Source of the DNA: Convolutriloba macropyga
Lineage: Eukaryota
Assembly (NCBI RefSeq): GCF_964194025.1
Contig: NC_134479.1
Span: 17,794,001-17,858,000 of the forward strand
Direction: 5' to 3'
DNA: 64,000 bases
Below, piece after piece: positions 58,953 to 64,000 of the stretch; position 1 is the stretch's first letter; each line of letters opens with the position of its first letter. The translations under genes and the position numbers were made by a program. Below the pieces are notes generated by a model, which saw only the letters and a program-made list of their open reading frames with translations, was not told the origin of the DNA and did no database searches.

Positions 58953-61900
58953 TCTCTGAAATGATTGCAATTGCTGTAGAGATTGCTAATTGCTGAAAAG
59001 AATTCAAACTATTGCACTTGCTTCCATTATAACTTATTTTATAATTAATCGTGTGAATGTTTTCTTCAATCCATTCTTCGATACTCTGTCCTCTCCTGTT
59101 GCATGGCTGGGCTTTTAGTTATGACACCCCAATTTTTGGCAACTAAGTAGCGGTGATATCTTGAAAAAAGTAAACACAAGAAATGCCATTGTACTTGGTA
59201 AACTGTCATTTGTGAAGCCAATTAAAGTGACCACCAATTTGGCGGCTCTTTTCATTTTTACATGAGTGACGCATAACCATCGGATATAATCATCAAGTTT
59301 AGTAGAACAGTTTAATCAACAAATGACCCTGTAGTAGTAGTAGTAGTAGTAGTAGTTCAGGCTTCTGCAATGCACGGGTTGAAGCACCCTTGTTGATCGT
59401 TATAAATGAGATATTTTCGAAATGGGGTTACAGTTTTTGCACAGGCAGCAAATTCTCCAAGTGCACATGTCAATTTCGTTAAAACTTCTAAAAAAGAATT
59501 TCCAATAAATGTCGCTGATCCGATATTTTATATTTTTGTTGTCTGTAAGGTCTGTCTGTTTGTTGACAATATTATAGAGATAGGCTGTTCTCGACCAGAA
59601 ATTTTCGTCGCTTTTGAATAATCGTTTTTTCGTAAGTTTGATTTCACCTTTCGCTCCTTGTCTCGTCCGATTATTGTTGTTGAAATGTATAAACTTTTCT
59701 ATGGCAATGTTGTATTTATTGTTTATGAGATCACATAGTAGTAATAAGCTGTGAAGTTCGAAGTAAAAAGACAGAGGTAGAATTTTTAGTTTGATTAAAC
59801 GCTCCTTATATGTGAGAGAAGAACCTATTATCCATTTCGTCGCACTTTTTTGGATTCTTTCGATGAGTACTAGATCGCATTTAGACGGATACCACTCTTG
59901 GCAGGCGTAGGATATAATTGGTACAATGTAACCCGTGTATGCGTTTAACTTAACTTGAGGGAGAGTTCTGTGGTGAAGATTTCTTCTGAGGTACCAAAGT
60001 GCTTTGAGTTTTGGAGGCTCGTGTGCTTGCTTTTTGATGCCAAGTGAGGTTATCACAAACTTGTATTCCGAGATCTTTTTGATGAGACGAGATGTTGACA
60101 GTTTCATTTTTTATTGTAAAGAGTGACTTTTTCTTGAAACAGAGGATCTTGCATTTGTTTTCATGGAGGCGCATTTCGTTGTTATTGCACCATTCATTTA
60201 ATTTCTGGAGGTCAGTTTGAAGTTCATGTTTGTTATTAGAGAGCAATTTGTAATCATCTGCATAACCGTAGGTTTGACTGTATTCGATTTTTTGTGGTAA
60301 ATCATTTATGTAGACGAGAAAAAGTAGTGGCCCCAGGATTGAACCTTGCGGTACGCCGCTAGTGACGTCACGAAGGCTCGACGTTGAGGTTCCAATGCGA
60401 ACACGTTGTTTTCTGTCGTCACAGTAGTTGGCTATTAATCTGAGCGCTTTTCCCCCGATCCCTGATTCCGACAGTTTTGCAACAACGCGGTGGTGGGGTA
60501 CTGTATCAAACGCTTTCTGGAAATCTAGGTAGAAAACGAAAAGTTCATCATGTGCAATTGAGTCGACTTCTTTGTACAGTTGGTCTAGAATGCATAACAT
60601 TTGAATAATTGCTGAACGTTGAGGCCGAAAACCAAACTGGGAATCGTGAAGTGTTCCTTTAACGTGCTCATAGAGTTTGTTGAAAATAAGTTTCTCGAAA
60701 GCTTTTGAGAGGCAACATAGGCAATTAATTGGTCTATACATTTTGATTGCGGTTTTATCGCCCTCTTTGTGTATTGGCGTTATGTCACTTTGTTTCCAAT
60801 ATGCTGGAAATTTACCTTTGTTAATGAATGTTTGAAAAAGTAGAAGTAAGGATCTGCTTATTGTTTTTGATAGATTTTTCAGAAACAGGTTACTTATATC
60901 ATCAGGGCCGTTGGCTTTACTAGTATCAAGTTTGTTTAGTATACTTTCAATTTATTTTTCTGAAATATCAAAGCGATTAAGATCTTTTTCTTCAAAATTG
61001 AACTGGTTCTCAACATTTGATATTTTTGAATTGAAAACACTCTGGAAAAATAAATTGAACAACTCGGCTTTCTCTTCATTGGTGTTAGCAGTTTGTTCAT
61101 TTAGGTGCATCTCGCTTGGGAATGGTGTGACTTTTTTAATTGATCGTAAATATTTTTGAATAACGCTGAATTGGCGTGTTGCGAAAATCTCGCTTTCATA
61201 GATGACTTGATCCTTTTTACAAAGTGTGTTGACTTTTTCTTCGAGACAATCTGTTTTGTTTAGTGTGCTTGGAGCAGGACTTGGATGGGCAATTGCTTTT
61301 CGTTTCAAAGTTGATAGTTTTTTCATTTCATGGGATGTGCTTTTTGACACCCACGGGGGGAGCTGTGATCTGTGCTGAGTTACTCTTGCGACATTTTGAT
61401 CGAAAAGGCGATTGAACCATTCATACCATTGTTTAAGAAGTTCGTCAACGTTACTGTAACAATAGGGGTTAAATGGGTTTTTTGAGATGTTGCAGTTGAA
61501 TTTAATCCAATCTATTCTTTTGTAAGCGTATTTTGGTCTGCTGCGATCGGTCGCTTGATCGTAGTTGCATTCGTATCGTGTTATGTAGGCGTAATGATCT
61601 GAGCATTTTTTGTTGTTGAGGGCATAGTTATTACTAATTTTGGTTTCGATTTTCGAATTGATCCAAAATTGTGATTCGTTTGTTAGGAAGACATCTAGCT
61701 GTTTTTTGTACCCCAAAAAGTCAGTGAAGTTTAGCATTTGTTCAAAATTTTCATCTACGAAATAGTTGAGCCAGGTATTGTCAAGTTCATCTGGTGACGA
61801 CATTTGTTTCCAGTCAGTGGTTGAGAAGTTGAGATCTCCTGTAATGATGATTGATTTTGGCTTTGTTTTCTTCTCTAAAAACTTTAGCGTTTGTGTGAGG

Positions 61901-62316
61901 TCTTCAAACTTCTGCTTGCACCATCTGTATGGGCTGCCTTTAGGTGGGTTGTAAATGCAGACAATTAGGATTGAGTCATTTTTAGTGTTAATTTTTACGA
62001 TTAGGCAACCCTCACATGTGTTCTTAACGAACAGTTCTTTAGATTGAATGTTGTCTTTTACCGCCACTAGAACACCTCCATGTTTTGAGACACCGCATTT
62101 TGAAGTTCTGTCATTTCTGTGAATGACATAATTTTTGAGAAAGGGTGCTTCATTTGGAACTTCTTCTGTGAGCCATGTCTCGGTTAGGCAAAGAATGTCT
62201 GGATTGTAGGGGACAATAGCGTTTGCAAATGCAAATCTTCGTGGTAGATCAATGAAACTATGTAAATTAAACGTTAGAATTGATACCTCTTGTTTTTTGT
62301 CTGTATTTTTTGCGAG

Positions 62317-63058
62317 TCAGGTGGAATACCGAGCATTGTCTAAGTACTCGACCCAATTTTCATCTTGTTTTTCGTATAATGTCAGATTCATTACTTTCAA
62401 GCTTTTTCTGGGGAAACCTGCGTCTACTAAGTCTTTTCGCTTTTTCAGACAGTTATTCAGTTGCTCTTCTTCTTGTAGGGAGTAGTCTTTGCTAATGTAC
62501 ACTGTTTTGCTATATCGTTTCAATCTTGAGAGTGAGAGTAGTAAGATGCGTTTGTCATACATGCATGGCATAGTTGCAAGAATGGTACGATGCCTTCCAT
62601 CTTTGAAAGGAAAGCACCCATGCGCCTGCAGTCCGTCATTTGCAGTTCTAGCCTTTACTGTGGGGTTTTTTTTCAATGTTGTTGTTAGCTGTTGGCAGTT
62701 TATTCTCAATTTCATTTATTTTGCTGCTAATAGTTTCTTTGATTGTGTTTTGAATGTCCTCTTTTATTTCTAGATTGTTCTGTTTTTGTGGTGGACTTTT
62801 TATGATGTCCAGAATCACATCACGTTTGTTCTGCTGTACGCAAGCGTTGCATAGAAGCAGAACGTTTTGATTGACCTGTTGAAGTGCATTTATTATTTCG
62901 ATGCTAAGTTTTTTGCAGCTTGGGGACATGTGCATGATTGTGGCACAGCATACGCAACGGAAGATTGCCTCTTTTTTACCATTTGGCTTAGAACAGGTTT
63001 CACATTGGATACTCATACCCTCTAATTGAATTTGTTTACCAGATGTTTTGGAACTCAT
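62317..63058 (-). pseudogene. LINE ORF1 with PHD finger (frameshifted near 62670); twin at 56592-57328
   Basis: CETC..CVCC...HMSPSC...LLLCNAC PHD-like pattern, coiled-coil segment and C-terminal VYISKDYS typical of CR1-group ORF1. Confidence 0.8.
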
Positions 63059-63171
63059 TCCGTTGTGTGTGTGATTTATAGAAGAATTCGAAGTTTAAAC
63101 GGGTGGAACTAATAAATTGGGGAAAGAAAAAAAACTTATTTACCTTTGGAACCAATTACTGGTACCGTTGG

Positions 63172-63757
63172 TAATTCGTGGGGTTGTACGAACCACACTC
63201 GCAGTTCCCAGCACAGTGGTATTCCTTTGGATGGTCTTTTTTGTCTATGTTTGCGCTGAAATTTGTGCGTAGGATTTTGTTCTTTAATATGGAGCAGATT
63301 CCTCCAAGGGCCTTCCCGTTGAGGTGGACGGCGTCGTTACTCAGGTGTATGCCTCTGTATTCCCACTTTTTACTCTTTTTTGTAATTTGTTGATGAATTC
63401 GTTTGTTGCTTTGGCCTTCTTTTTACTCGCACTGTCGCTTCCTCGTGATGGGATGCCAATTACAAATACTTTCTCTGTCGCAAGGGGCACAAGTTCTTCG
63501 GCTAGTAAGGCAAGTTCTTCAGCTGTTTCTTCTGGCTCTTTGTTCGATGGTGTTGAGCCGGTGAAGATGTCGTTTCCACCAATGAATAAAACTATATTGT
63601 CGTATTGCCCTTTTTCCGGTAAGAATTCTGATAGATGTCGAATTTGCGCTCCTGGAAGTGATAGGATGTTAAAATTTGGAAATCGGAGATGTTTCAATTG
63701 GGAATCTGCAAAAATTATGTTTCTGGTCTTGGAAGTTTTAAAGATATGAAATCGCAT
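63172..63757 (-). pseudogene. SGNH/GDSL esterase ORF upstream of the LINE PHD ORF; twin at 57439-58024
   Basis: Blocks IIFADS, LSLPGA and LFIGGND; after a frameshift near 63370 comes SNDAVHLNGKA (DxxH) and a terminal HCAGNCECG. Confidence 0.8.
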
Positions 63758-64000
63758 TCAGTCTTCTTTTATTCACCCGTCCAAGCTAGGAACGGACGGG
63801 GCTTGAAGGAAAGATAGATATAAACCGTTGGAACCAATAACTGGTACCGGTGGTCTTATTGATATAGTTCCTAGCTTCAAATGATCTGAAATCACACAGT
63901 TTGTAAATTTGTTCTATTTAATAAGTTCTGTCACGCCAAGTCAAGCCTTTGAGAGAAAACTTGGAGAAAACGCACGATGGCCCGGCACTGCCTTCTTTCG

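Larger units (their letters stand above)
59331..63927 (-). mobile_element. Near full-length CR1-group LINE with (ACT)n tail
   Basis: ORF2 APE (LTETWL, GGVL, GDLN, LDVF, SDH) and RT (YRPI, QFGFR, LDFQKAFD, GVPQGSILGP, YADD, KDLG) with frameshifts near 60950 and 60010. Upstream are a PHD ORF and an SGNH ORF; (GTA)8 at 59331-59356. Confidence 0.93.

Overview
AT-rich eukaryotic (probably invertebrate animal) genomic DNA with spliceosomal introns. Two host genes are recognisable on the minus strand: a five-exon PPP2R3C (PP2A B'' gamma; 58952->30212, with a GC-AG intron) and a DHHC palmitoyltransferase (29293->27202). A third, unannotated multi-exon gene is likely between 21308 and 3410. The 25-kb first intron of PPP2R3C is filled with nested mobile elements. 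The main one is a 12.6-kb Ty3/Gypsy LTR element (35520-48086, minus) with 447-bp LTRs about 2% diverged, PBS, PPT, a 5-bp TSD, gag-pro-RT-RH-IN and a class I fusion-type env. Between env and the 3' LTR it carries a 3.1-kb accessory region read in the opposite direction. That region holds an intact three-exon gene for a ~336-aa JmjC Fe(II)/2OG oxygenase with a basic NLS-like tail, a small predicted secreted/GPI-anchored Cys protein, and a ~175-bp-period array of a motif also present in both LTRs. This is the best candidate for an undescribed system: an env-bearing retroelement with a possible anti-silencing module. The window also contains an L2 LINE, two copies of a CR1-group LINE with a separate SGNH-esterase ORF (one fused in frame to a BEL/Pao integrase tail), decayed CRE and Penelope-like elements, Helentron-type non-autonomous repeats, several tandem duplications and a 556-bp near-perfect palindrome. 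All calls come from reading motifs by eye; no database search was run.
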